Of a DNA stretch of 64,000 nucleotides, positions 1-12,994 are shown piece after piece. The DNA is taken from NCBI GenBank assembly GCA_040954595.2, contig CM082587.2, positions 340,617 to 404,616 of the forward strand, written 5' to 3'. Numbering within the stretch: position 1 is the first letter of the stretch; each line of letters begins with the position of its first letter. A model generated the notes under the pieces. That model was not told the origin of the DNA. It ran no database searches and saw nothing but the letters and a program-made list of their open reading frames with translations. The DNA comes from Balanoglossus misakiensis (taxonomy: Eukaryota > Animalia > Hemichordata). The position numbers were made by a program, and so were the translations under genes.

Positions 1-3000
1 AAATCGTCAAAAATCGAGGATTTTTCGAGTTTGCGAATTTTCAAAATTTGGTCATTTTTGAAAAAACCATGGGTTATAGCTCAGGAAATCGTCAAAAATC
101 GAGGATTTTTCGAGTTTGCGAATTTTCAAAATTTGGTCATTTTTGAAAAAACCATGGGTTATAGCTCAGGAAAATCGTCAAAAATCGAGGATTTTTCGAG
201 TTTGCGAATTTTGAAAATTTGGTCATTTTTTGAAAAACCATGGGTTATAGCTCAGGAAAATCGTCAAAAATCGAGGATTTTTCGAGTTTGCGAATTTTGA
301 AAATTTGGTCATTTTTTGAAAAAACCATGGGTTATAGCTCAGGAAAATCGTCAAAAATCGAGGATTTTTCGAGTTTGCGAATTTTGAAAATTTGGTCATT
401 TTTTGAAAAAACCATGGGTTATAGCTCAGGAAAATCGTCAAAAATCGAGGATTTTTCGAGTTTGCGAATTTTGAAAATTTGGTCATTTTTTGAAAAAACC
501 ATGGGTTATAGCTCAGGAAAATCGTCAAAAATCGAGGATTTTTCGAGTTTGCGAATTTTGAAAATTTGGTCATTTTTTGAAAAAACCATGGGTTATAGCT
601 CAGGAAAATCGTCAAAAATCGAGGATTTTTCGAGTTTGCGAATTTTGAAAATTTGGTCATTTTTTGAAAAAACCATGGGTTATAGCTCAGGAAAATCGTC
701 AAAAATCGAGGATTTGTCGAGTTTGCGAATTTTCAAAATTTGGTCATTTTTTGAAAAAACCATGGGTTATAGCTCAGGAAAATCGTCAAAAATCGAGGAT
801 TTTTCGAGTTTGCGAATTTTGAAAATTTGGTCATTTTTTGAAAAAACCATGGGTTATAGCTCAGGAAAATCGTCAAAATTCGAGGATTTTTCGAGTTTGC
901 GAATTTGAAAATTTGGTCATTTTTTTGAAAAAACCATGGGTTATAGCTCAGGAAAATCGTCAAAATTCGAGGATTTTTCGAGTTTGCGAATTTTGAAAAT
1001 TTGGTCATTTTTTGAAAAAACCATGGGTTATAGCTCAGGAAAATCGTCAAAAATCGAGGATTTTTCGAGTTTGCGATTTTGAAAATTTGTTCATTTTTTG
1101 AAAAAACCATGGGTTATAGCTCAGGAAAATCGTCAAAAATCGAGGATTTTACGAGTTTGCGAATTTTGAAAATTTGGTCATTTTTTGAAAAAACCCATGG
1201 GTTATAGCTCAGGAAAATCGTCAAAATTCGAGGATTTTTCGAGTTTGCGAATTTTCAAAATTTGGTCATTTTTTGAAAAAACCATGGGTTATAGCTCAGG
1301 AAAATCGTCAAAAATCGAGGATTTTTCGAGTTTGCGAATTTTCAAAATTTGGTCATTTTTTGAAAAAACCATGGGTTATAGCTCAGGAAAATCGTCAAAA
1401 ATCGAGGATTTTTCGAGTTTGCGAATTTTGAAAATTTGGTCATTTTTTGAAAAAACCATGGGTTATAGCTCAGGAAAATCGTCAAAAAATCGAGGATTTT
1501 TCGAGTTTGCGAATTTTGAAAATTTGGTCATTTTTTGAAAAAACCATGGGTTATAGCTCAGGAAAATCGTCAAAAATCGAGGATTTTTCGAGTTTGCGAA
1601 TTTTGAAAATTTTGGTCATTTTTTGAAAAAACCATGGGTTATAGCTCAGGAAAATCGTCAAAAATCGAGGATTTTTCGAGTTTGCGAATTTTGAAAATTT
1701 GGTCATTTTTTGAAAAAACCATGGGTTATAACTCAGGAAAATCGTCAAAAATCGAGGATTTTTCGAGTTTGCGAATTTTCAAATTTGGTCATTTTTTGAA
1801 AACACCATGGGTTATAGCTCAGGAAAATCGTCAAAAATCGAGGATTTTTCGAGTTTGCGAATTTTCAAAATTTGGTCATTTTTTGAAAAAACCATGGGTT
1901 ATAGCTCAGGAAAATCGTCACAAATCGAGGATTTTTCGAGTTTGCGAATTTTCAAAATTTGGTCATTTTTTGAAAAATCCATGGGTTATAGCTCAGGAAA
2001 ATCGTCACAAATCGAGGATTTTTCGAGTTTGCGAATTTTCAAAATTTGGTCATTTTTTGAAAAAACCATGGGTTATAGCTCAGGAAAATCGTCAAAAATC
2101 GAGGATTTTTCGAGTTTGCGAATTTTCAAAATTTGGTCATTTTTTGAAAAAACCATGGGTTATAGCTCAGGAAAATCGTCAAAAATCGAGGATTTTTCGA
2201 GTTTGCGAATTTTCAAAATTTGGTCATTTTTTGAAAAAACCATGGGTTATAGCTCAGGAAAATCGTCAAAAATCGAGGATTTTTCGAGTTTGCGAATTTT
2301 CAAAATTTGGTCATTTTTTGAAAAAACCATGGGTTATAGCTCAGGAAAATCGTCAAAAATCGAGGATTTTTCGAGTTTGCGAATTTTCAAAATTTGGTCA
2401 TTTTTTGAAAAAACCATGGGTTATAGCTCAGGAAAATCGTCAAAAATCGAGGATTTTTCGAGTTTGCGAATTTTGAAAATTTGGTCATTTTTTGAAAAAA
2501 CCATGGGTTATAGCTCAGGAAAATCGTCAAAAATCGAGGATTTTTCGAGTTTGCGAATTTTGAAAATTTGGTCATTTTTTGAAAAAACCATGGGTTATAG
2601 CTCAGGAAAATCGTCAAAAATCGAGGATTTTTCGAGTTTGCGAATTTTGAAAATTTGGTCATTTTTTGAAAAAACCATGGGTTATAGCTCAGGAAAATCG
2701 TCAAAAATCGAGGATTTTTCGAGTTTGCGAATTTTCAAAATTTGGTCATTTTTTGAAAAAACCATGGGTTATAGCTCAGGAAAATCGTCAAAAATCGAGG
2801 ATTTTTCGAGTTTGCGAATTTTGAAAATTTGGTCATTTTTTGAAAAAACCATGGGTTATAGCTCAGGAAAATCGTCAAAAATCGAGGATTTTTCGAGTTT
2901 GCGAATTTTGAAAATTTGGTCATTTTTTGAAAAAACCATGGGTTATAGCTCAGGAAAATCGTCAAAAATCGAGGATTTTTCGAGTTTGCGAATTTTGAAA

Positions 3001-6000
3001 ATTTGGTCATTTTTTGAAAAAACCATGGGTTATAGCTCAGGAAAATCGTCAAAAATCGAGGATTTTTCGAGTTTGCGAATTTTCAAAATTTGGTCATTTT
3101 TTGAAAAAACCATGGGTTATAGCTCAGGAAAATCGTCAAAAATCGAGGATTTTTCGAGTTTGCGAATTTTCAAAATTTGGTCATTTTTTGAAAAAACCAT
3201 GGGTTATAGCTCAGGAAAATCGTCAAAAATCGAGGATTTTTCGAGTTTGCGAATTTTCAAAATTTGGTCATTTTTTGAAAAAACCATGGGTTATAGCTCA
3301 GGAAAATCGTCAAAAATCGAGGATTTTTCGAGTTTGCGAATATTGAAAATTTGGTCATTTTTTGAAAAAACCATGGGTTATAGCTCAGGAAAATCGTCAA
3401 AAATCGAGGATTTTTCGAGTTTGCGAATTTTCAAAATTTGGTCATTTTTTGAAAAAACCATGGGTTATAGCTCAGGAAAATCGTCAAAAATCGAGGATTT
3501 TTCGAGTTTGCGAATTTTGAAAATTTGGTCATTTTTTGAAAAAACCATGGGTTATAGCTCAGGAAAATCGTCAAAAATCGAGGATTTTTCGAGTTTGCGA
3601 ATTTTGAAAATTTGGTCATTTTTTGAAAAAACCATGGGTTATAGCTCAGGAAAATCGTCAAAAATCGAGGATTTTTCGAGTTTGCGAATTTTCAAAATTT
3701 GGTCATTTTTTGAAAAAAACATGGGTTATAGCTCAGGAAAATCGTCAAAAATCGAGGATTTTTCGAGTTTGCGAATTTTGAAAATTTGGTCATTTTTTGA
3801 AAAAACCATGGGTTATAGCTCAGGAAAATCGTCAAAATCGAGGATTTTTCGAGTTTGCGAATTTGAAAATTTGGTCATTTTTTGAAAAAACCATGGGTTA
3901 TAGCTCAGGAAAATCGTCAAAAATCGAGGATTTTTCGAGTTTGCGAATTTTGAAAATTTGGTCATTTTTTTAAAAAACCATGGGTTATAGCTCAGGAAAA
4001 TCGTCAAAAATCGAGGATTTTTCGAGTTTGCGAATTTTCAAAATTTGGTCATTTTTTGAAAAAACCATGGGGTTATAGCTCAGGAAAATCGTCAAAAATC
4101 GAGGATTTTTCGAGTTTGCGAATTTTCAAAATTTGGTCATTTTTTGAAAAAAACATGGGTTATAGCTCAGGAAAATCGTCAAAAATCGAGGATTTTTCGA
4201 GTTTGCGAATTTTCAAAATTTGGTCATTTTTTGAAAAAACATGGGTTATAGCTCAGGAAAATCGTCAAAAAATCGAGATTTTTCGAGTTTGCGAATTTTC
4301 AAAATTTGGTCATTTTTTGAAAAAAACATGGGTTATAGCTCAGGAAAATCGTCAAAAATCGAGGATTTTTCGAGTTTGCGAATTTTTCAAAATTTGGTCA
4401 TTTTTTGAAAAAACATGGGTTATAGCTCAGGAAAATCGTCAAAAATCGAGGATTTTTCGAGTTTGCGAATTTTCAAAATTTGGTCATTTTTTGAAAAAAC
4501 CATGGGTTATAGCTCAGGAAAATCGTCAAAATCGAGGATTTTTCGAGTTTGCGAATTTTCAAAATTTGGTCATTTTTTGAAAAAACCATGGGTTATAGCT
4601 CAGGAAAATCGTCAAAAATCGAGGATTTTTCGAGTTTGCGAATTTTCAAAATTTGGTCATTTTTTGAAAAAACCATGGGTTATAGCTCAGGAAAATCGTC
4701 AAAAATCGAGGATTTTTCGAGTTTGCGAATTTTGAAAATTTGGTCATTTTTTGAAAAAACCATGGGTTATAGCTCAGGAAAATCGTCAAAAATCGAGGAT
4801 TTTTCGAGTTTGCGAATTTTGAAAATTTGGTCATTTTTTGAAAAAACCATGGGTTATAGCTCAGGAAAATCGTCAAAAATCGAGGATTTTTCGAGTTTGC
4901 GAATTTTGAAAATTTGATCATTTTTTGAAAAAACCATGGGTTATAGCTCAGGAAAATCGTCAAAAATCGAGGATTTTTCGAGTTTGCGAATTTTCAAAAT
5001 TTGGTCATTTTTTGAAAAAACCATGGGTTATAGCTCAGGAAAATCGTCAAAAATCGAGGATTTTTCGAGTTTGCGAATTTTCAAAATTTGGTCATTTTTT
5101 GAAAAAACCATGGGTTATAGCTCAGGAAAATCGTCAAAAATCGAGGATTTTTCGAGTTTGCGAATTTTGAAAATTTGGTCATTTTTTGAAAAAACCATGG
5201 GTTATAGCTCAGGAAAATCGTCAAAAATCGAGGATTTTTCGAGTTTGCGAATTTTCAAAATTTGGTCATTTTTTGAAAAAACCATGGGTTATAGCTCAGG
5301 AAAATCGTTAAAAATCGAGGATTTTTCGAGTTTGCGAATTTTCAAAATTTGGTCATTTTTTGAAAAAACCATGGGTTATAGCTCAGGAAAATCGTCAAAA
5401 ATCGAGGATTTTTCGAGTTTGCGAATTTTCAAAATTTGGTCATTTTTTGAAAAAACCATGGGTTATAATAAGCTCAGGAAAATCGTTAAAAATCGAGGAT
5501 TTTTCGAGTTTGCGAATTTTCAAAATTTGGTCATTTTTTGAAAAAACCATGGGTTATAGCTCAGGAAAATCGTCAAAAATCGAGGATTTTTCGAGTTTGC
5601 GAATTTTCAAAATTTGGTCATTTTTTTGAAAAAAACCATGGGTTATAGCTCAGGAAAATCGTCAAAAATCGAGGATTTTTCGAGTTTGCGAATTTTCAAA
5701 ATTTGGTCATTTTTGAAAAAAACATGGGTTATAGCTCAGGAAAATCGTCAAAAATCGAGGATTTTTCGAGTTTGCGAATTTTGAAAATTTGGTCATTTTT
5801 TGAAAAAAACATGGGTTATAGCTCAGGAAAATCGTCAAAAATCGAGGATTTTTCGAGTTTGCGAATTTTCAAAATTTGGTCATTTTTTGAAAAAACCCAT
5901 GGGTTATAGCTCAGGAAAATCGTCAAAAATCGAGGATTTTTCGAGTTTGCGAATTTTCAAAATTTGGTCATTTTTTTGAAAAAAACATGGGTTATAGCTC

Positions 6001-9000
6001 AGGAAAATCGTCAAAAATCGAGGATTTTTCGAGTTTGCGAATTTTCAAAATTTGGTCATTTTTTTGAAAAAAACATGGGTTATAGCTCAGGAAAATCGTC
6101 AAAAATCGAGGATTTTTCGAGTTTGCGAATTTTCAAAATTTGGTCATTTTTTGAAAAAACCATGGGTTATAGCTCAGGAAAATCGTTAAAAATCGAGGAT
6201 TTTTCGAGTTTGCGAATTTTCAAAATTTGGTCATTTTTTGAAAAAAACATGGGTTATAGCTCAGGAAAATCGTCAAAAATCGAGGATTTTTCGAGTTTGC
6301 GAATTTTCAAAATTTGGTCATTTTTTGAAAAAACCATGGGTTATAGCTCAGGAAAATCGTCAAAAATCGAGGATTTTTCGAGTTTGCGAATTTTCAAAAT
6401 TTGGTCATTTTTTGAAAAAACCATGGGTTATAGCTCAGGAAAATCGTCAAAAATCGAGGATTTTTCGAGTTTGCGAATTTTCAAAATTTGGTCATTTTTT
6501 GAAAAAACCATGGGTTATAGCTCAGGAAAATCGTCAAAAATCGAGGATTTTTCGAGTTTGCGAATTTTCAAAATTTGGTCATTTTTTGAAAAAACCATGG
6601 GCTATAGCTCAGGAAAATCGTTAAAAATCGAGGATTTTTCGAGTTTGCGAATTTTCAAAATTTGGTCATTTTTTGAAAAAACCATGGGTTATAGCTCAGG
6701 AAAATCGTCAAAAATCGAGGATTTTTCGAGTTTGCGAATTTTCAAAATTTGGTCATTTTTTGAAAAAACCATGGGTTATAGCTCAGGAAAATCGTCAAAA
6801 ATCGAGGATTTTTCGAGTTTGCGAATTTTGAAAATTTGGTCATTTTTTGAAAAAACCATGGGTTATAGCTCAGGAAAATCGTCAAAAATCGAGGATTTTT
6901 CGAGTTTGCGAATTTTCAAAATTTGGTCATTTTTTGAAAAAACCATGGGTTATAGCTCAGGAAAATCGTCAAAAATCGAGGATTTTTCGAGTTTGCGAAT
7001 TTTCAAAATTTGGTCATTTTTTGAAAAAACCATGGGTTATAGCTCAGGAAAATCGTCAAAAATCGAGGATTTTTCGAGTTTGCGAATTTTGAAAATTTGG
7101 TCATTTTTTGAAAAAACCATGGGTTATAGCTCAGGAAAATCGTCAAAAATCGAGGATTTTTCGAGTTTGCGAATTTTCAAAATTTGGTCATTTTTTGAAA
7201 AAACCATGGGTTATAGCTCAGGAAAATCGTTAAAAATCGAGGATTTTTCGAGTTTGCGAATTTTCAAAATTTGGTCATTTTTTGAAAAAACCATGGGTTA
7301 TAGCTCAGGAAAATCGTCAAAAATCGAGGATTTTTCGAGTTTGCGAATTTTCAAAATTTGGTCATTTTTTGAAAAAACCATGGGTTATAATAAGCTCAGG
7401 AAAATCGTTAAAAATCGAGGATTTTTCGAGTTTGCGAATTTTCAAAATTTGGTCATTTTTTGAAAAAACCATGGGTTATAGCTCAGGAAAATCGTCAAAA
7501 ATCGAGGATTTTTCGAGTTTGCGAATTTTCAAAATTTGGTCATTTTTTGAAAAAACCATGGGTTATAGCTCAGGAAAATCGTCAAAAATCGAGGATTTTT
7601 CGAGTTTGCGAATTTTCAAAATTTGGTCATTTTTTGAAAAAACCATGGGTTATAGCTCAGGAAAATCGTCAAAAATCGAGGATTTTTCGAGTTTGCGAAT
7701 TTTCAAAATTTGGTCATTTTTTGAAAAAACCATGGGTTATAGCTCAGGAAAATCGTCAAAAATCGAGGATTTTTCGAGTTTGCGAATTTTCAAAATTTGG
7801 TCATTTTTTGAAAAAAACATGGGTTATAGCTCAGGAAAATCGTCAAAAATCGAGGATTTTTCGAGTTTGCGAATTTTGAAAATTTGGTCATTTTTTGAAA
7901 AAAACATGGGTTATAGCTCAGGAAAATCGTCAAAAATCGAGGATTTTTCGAGTTTGCGAATTTTCAAAATTTGGTCATTTTTTGAAAAAACCATGGGTTA
8001 TAGCTCAGGAAAATCGTCAAAAATCGAGGATTTTTCGAGTTTGCGAATTTTCAAAATTTGGTCATTTTTTGAAAAAAACATGGGTTATAGCTCAGGAAAA
8101 TCGTCAAAAATCGAGGATTTTTCGAGTTTGCGAATTTTCAAAATTTGGTCATTTTTTGAAAAAAACATGGGTTATAGCTCAGGAAAATCGTCAAAAATCG
8201 AGGATTTTTCGAGTTTGCGAATTTTCAAAATTTGGTCATTTTTTGAAAAAACCATGGGTTATAGCTCAGGAAAATCGTTAAAAATCGAGGATTTTTCGAG
8301 TTTGCGAATTTTCAAAATTTGGTCATTTTTTGAAAAAAACATGGGTTATAGCTCAGGAAAATCGTCAAAAATCGAGGATTTTTCGAGTTTGCGAATTTTC
8401 AAAATTTGGTCATTTTTTGAAAAAACCATGGGTTATAGCTCAGGAAAATCGTCAAAAATCGAGGATTTTTCGAGTTTGCGAATTTTCAAAATTTGGTCAT
8501 TTTTTGAAAAAACCATGGGTTATAGCTCAGGAAAATCGTCAAAAATCGAGGATTTTTCGAGTTTGCGAATTTTCAAAATTTGGTCATTTTTTGAAAAAAC
8601 CATGGGTTATAGCTCAGGAAAATCGTCAAAAATCGAGGATTTTTCGAGTTTGCGAATTTTCAAAATTTGGTCATTTTTTGAAAAAACCATGGGTTATAGC
8701 TCAGGAAAATCGTCAAAAATCGAGGATTTTTCGAGTTTGCGAATTTTCAAAATTTGGTCATTTTTTGAAAAAACCATGGGTTATAGCTCAGGAAAATCGT
8801 TAAAAATCGAGGATTTTTCGAGTTTGCGAATTTTCAAAATTTGGTCATTTTTTGAAAAAACCATGGGTTATAGCTCAGGAAAATCGTCAAAAATCGAGGA
8901 TTTTTCGAGTTTGCGAATTTTCAAAATTTGGTCATTTTTTGAAAAAACCATGGGCTATAGCTCAGGAAAATCGTTAAAAATCGAGGATTTTTCGAGTTTG

Positions 9001-9832
9001 CGAATTTTCAAAATTTGGTCATTTTTTGAAAAAACCATGGGTTATAGCTCAGGAAAATCGTCAAAAATCGAGGATTTTTCGAGTTTGCGAATTTTCAAAA
9101 TTTGGTCATTTTTTGAAAAAACCATGGGTTATAGCTCAGGAAAATCGTCAAAAATCGAGGATTTTTCGAGTTTGCGAATTTTCAAAATTTGGTCATTTTT
9201 TGAAAAAACCATGGGTTATAGCTCAGGAAAATCGTCAAAAATCGAGGATTTTTCGAGTTTGCGAATTTTCAAAATTTGGTCATTTTTTGAAAAAACCATG
9301 GGTTATAGCTCAGGAAAATCGTCAAAAATCGAGGATTTTTCGAGTTTGCGAATTTTGAAAATTTGGTCATTTTTTGAAAAAACCATGGGTTATAGCTCAG
9401 GAAAATCGTCAAAAATCGAGGATTTTTCGAGTTTGCGAATTTTCAAAATTTGGTCATTTTTTGAAAAAACCATGGGTTATAGCTCAGGAAAATCGTCAAA
9501 AATCGAGGATTTTTCGAGTTTGCGAATTTTCAAAATTTGGTCATTTTTTGAAAAAACCATGGGTTATAGCTCAGGAAAATCGTCAAAAATCGAGGATTTT
9601 TCGAGTTTGCGAATTTTCAAAATTTGGTCATTTTTTGAAAAAACCATGGGTTATAGCTCAGGAAAATCGTCAAAAATCGAGGATTTTTCGAGTTTGCGAA
9701 TTTTCAAAATTTGGTCATTTTTTGAAAAAACCATGGGTTATAGCTCAGGAAAATCGTCAAAAATCGAGGATTTTTCGAGTTTGCGAATTTTCAAAATTTG
9801 GTCATTTTTTGAAAAAACCATGGGTTATAGCT
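1..9832. repeat. 87-bp tandem satellite array, ~113 monomers, continues past window start
   Basis: Monomer AAATCGTCAAAAATCGAGGATTTTTCGAGTTTGCGAATTTT(C/G)AAAATTTGGTCATTTTTTGAAAAAACCATGGGTTATAGCTCAGGA is repeated head-to-tail at very high identity. The 29-aa periodicity of the ORF track equals 87 bp. Most units carry one NcoI site (CCATGG). Confidence 0.99.
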
Positions 9833-10206
9833 GAGGAAAATCATTCAGAAATGTCAATTTTTCGACTTCGCGAATTTTCGAAATTTGGTGATTTTTTGAT
9901 AAAAAACATGGGTTTCATGAAAATCATCCAGAAATGTCAATTTTTCGACTTCGCGAAATTTCGAAATTTGGTGATTTTTTGATAAAAACCATGGGTTATA
10001 GCTCATGAAAATCATCCAGAAATGTCAATTTTTCGACTTCGCGAAATTTCAAAATTTGGTCATTTTTTGATAAAAACCATGGGTTATAGCTCATGAAAAT
10101 CCTCCAGAAATGTAAATTTTTCGACTTCGCGAAATTCCAAAAAATTTGGTCATTTTTTGATAAAAACCATGGATTATAGCTCATGAAAATCATCCAGAAA
10201 TGTCAA
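9833..10206 (+). repeat. Diverged satellite subfamily B, ~4 monomers, same orientation as main array
   Basis: Units such as AAAATCATCCAGAAATGTCAATTTTTCGACTTCGCGAAATTTCAAAATTTGGTCATTTTTTGATAAAAACCATGGGTTATAGCTCATG align to the main monomer with diagnostic substitutions. Confidence 0.92.
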
Positions 10207-10212
10207 ATCATC

Positions 10213-11270
10213 CAAAATGACCAAATTTTGAAATTTCGCGAAGTCAAAAAATTGACATTTTGGATGATTTTCATGAGCTATAATCCATGGTTTTTATCAA
10301 AAAATGACCAAATTTTTGGAAATTTCGACGAAAGTCGAAAAATTTCATTTCTGGAGGATATTTAACCCATGATTTTTTCCAAAAAATGACAAATTTTGAA
10401 AATTCGCGAGTCGAAAATTGTCATTTATAACCCATGGTTTTTATCAAAAAATGACCAAATTTGAAATTTCGCGAAGTCGAAAAATTGTCATTTTGGATGA
10501 TTTTCATGACATCCCAAATTTTTTCAAAAATCACAAATTTCGAAAATTCGCGAAGTCGAAAAATTGACATTTTGAATGATTTTCATCAGCTATAACCCAT
10601 GGTTTTTTTCAAAAATGACCAAATTTTTGAAAATTCGCAAAATCGAAAAATTGTCATTTTGATGATTTTCATGTGTTATAACCCATGGTTTTTTCAAAAA
10701 TCGACGAAATTTTAATAAAATTCGCAAAGTCGAAAAATTGTCATTTTTGACGATTTTCCTGAGCTATAACCCATGGTTTTTTCAAAAAATGACCAAATTT
10801 TCAAAATTCGCAAACTCGAAAAATCCTCGATTTTTGATGATTTTCATGAGCTATAACCCATGATTTTTTTTCAAAAATCGACGAAATTTTGAAAATTCGC
10901 AAAGTCGAAAATTGTCATTTTTGGATGATTTTCATGTGCTATAACTCAAGATTTTTTTCAAAAATCGACGAAATTTTTAAAATTCGCAAAGTCGAAAAAT
11001 TGTCATTTTGGGATGATTTTCATGAGCTATAACCCACGATTTTTTTTCAAAAATCGACGAAATTTTGAAAATTCGCAAAGTCGAAAATTGTCATTTTTGG
11101 ATCTATAACCCATGATTTTTTTCAAAAATCGACGAAATTTTGAAAATTCGCAAAGTCGAAAAATTGTCATTTTTAGATGATTTTCATGTGCTATAACCCA
11201 AGATTTTTTTCAAAAATGAACGAAATTTTGAAAATAGGCAAAGTCGAAAAATTGTCATTTTGGGATGATG
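10213..11270 (-). repeat. Inverted, degenerate satellite copies (mirror of subfamily B, one main-type unit, and subfamily C)
   Basis: Reverse-complement monomers (GCTATAACCCATGG...AAAAATGACCAAATTTT). There is a near-perfect inverted main-type unit at ~10750-10836. Variant units with AAAATCGACGAAATTTTGAAAATTCGCAAAGTCG run to ~11270. Confidence 0.9.
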
Positions 11271-12994
11271 GGAAAATTTTATTGTTTTTTTAAAAAAACA
11301 TTTAAATTCACAAAGTCTAAAAGAAATACATGACTGTTTAGAAATCTGTTAGCTAATGCACATTTTTAAATATGGAGGAATGATTGGTTAAGATTTCTAA
11401 CTGATGATGAAAATTGTCTTTCACACTTAATACAGTGTACTTCTGTCTTTATTTAACATCTTGTGCAAATTTGAAGTCATCTTCCTAAACTGTTACATTC
11501 AATGGTACACCGAATGCATGATTGGAGAGCATGTCTCATGCATGAAAACAAAGCACTTCTTGTAGTCATCAAGCACAAAATGAATACATAATATCTGTTT
11601 TACACTCCTCTTCTGAAGAATCTGCAAGTGTGGACAATCGTGAAAATAATTAAAAACAATGACAACATTTCACAATTCAAACTGTAACAACTTGGGACCT
11701 TAATAACATTGACATGGTGAGTCATGTATTGAAACATTAATTTCTATAAAGGTAGCATAAATGCCAGTACATTAATATCAGATAACAGCAGAAAAATTCA
11801 CAGAGTCATTATATCACAAATGTTAAGACAACTAACAAAATCTAACACTAAATACACAGTTAAAACATTTGTTTAATGGGACAGTAACTGTACTTTCAAT
11901 GCACACTTCTTCTGTGTGTCCATGTATGTTGACCTGCTTAGCATTTTGCCGACCATCACAGTCTGTATTAATGTAACCATCAAAGGGGTTATGGCTTTAA
12001 GAACCATTAAAATGTACAGCTGCTGTCCAATTTGCTGTTCAAACGTGATTCTAGACATAACTCTTTGCTTGTCTCAAAATCCAGAACTCTGAACGTGACA
12101 CAGAATACTTAAAATGCAAAGAAAATGCACGTTAAAATTCTCAAAAATGATGTGATACATATAAATCATATCAATTGCCAAAAAAAAAATCTGAAAACTA
12201 CAAAAAAGTCTGTCTATACATTTTCCTGAACAGATACAACCACACAAATTCATGAAAGTAAAAGACAAGACCACCACAATATAATTCTTACTAGTTAAAT
12301 AAATATCATTTTCAAAGAAAGAGAAGTTATAACCATTCTAACTTAAAATGAAATGAAATATTTTTGACTATTTTACAAAACTTTGTGTGCAAATTACCAT
12401 AAGAAGCAATTAAAAACATTGGCACAAAATGTTACAAATACTGCCATAAAGTGTTAGCAAACCCTACATTTCCTACAAAACTTAAACAATGACAAGTATT
12501 TCAGTTTTCGGTTTGCTTATTATTAGAGAGATTTAGTGTTACCTTCATTAAGATTGAACTGCAGGTTCTGGAGAAATCATCCAAACAAAGAATAAAAGTC
12601 AAGAACCTTTTTAAAGTTATGAAATCTTGGAATGATAGTATATTTTGAATTTCCATGGTAACATTGGGCATATGTATATACGCCACCATTTAATAGTTCA
12701 CATACACAACACCACTTGAATGCTGATCATGTATGAAAGAGGAGCTAAGGATAGGCCAAGGCTAAATTAGATTAACAGAATACCTGAAGAGACCAAGTTC
12801 ACTGCCATCATTTCATTTGCAAGTGGGCACTATATCCATACTTCAAGTAATTCAATTTATCAAACAAACTCAGACATTGATCAACTATCCATTGAAATTA
12901 CAGAAATTATGCCTTTCCTGTAGTTCAGTTTGTTACTGCCACCATCTTTCAAATCAGAATATTTTCTGTTCTTCCTTTCTTGAAGTCAATGTTG

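Noticed and set aside
840-6070. Clusters of single-base homopolymer indels in the satellite (~840-1800, 3830-4560, 5620-6070)
   Set aside because: The pattern is typical of long-read consensus error and cannot be treated as biological variation without reads.
1-9832. Possible CRISPR-like array
   Set aside because: There are no unique spacers, the units are contiguous near-identical monomers, no cas genes are present, and the context is eukaryotic.
31-9982. Long ORFs (up to 850 aa) of repeated MGYSSGKSSKIEDFSSLRIFKIWSFFEKT
   Set aside because: By-product of an 87-bp (3 x 29) satellite. Several frames and both strands are open, and homopolymer indels shift frames freely, so there is no sign of coding constraint.
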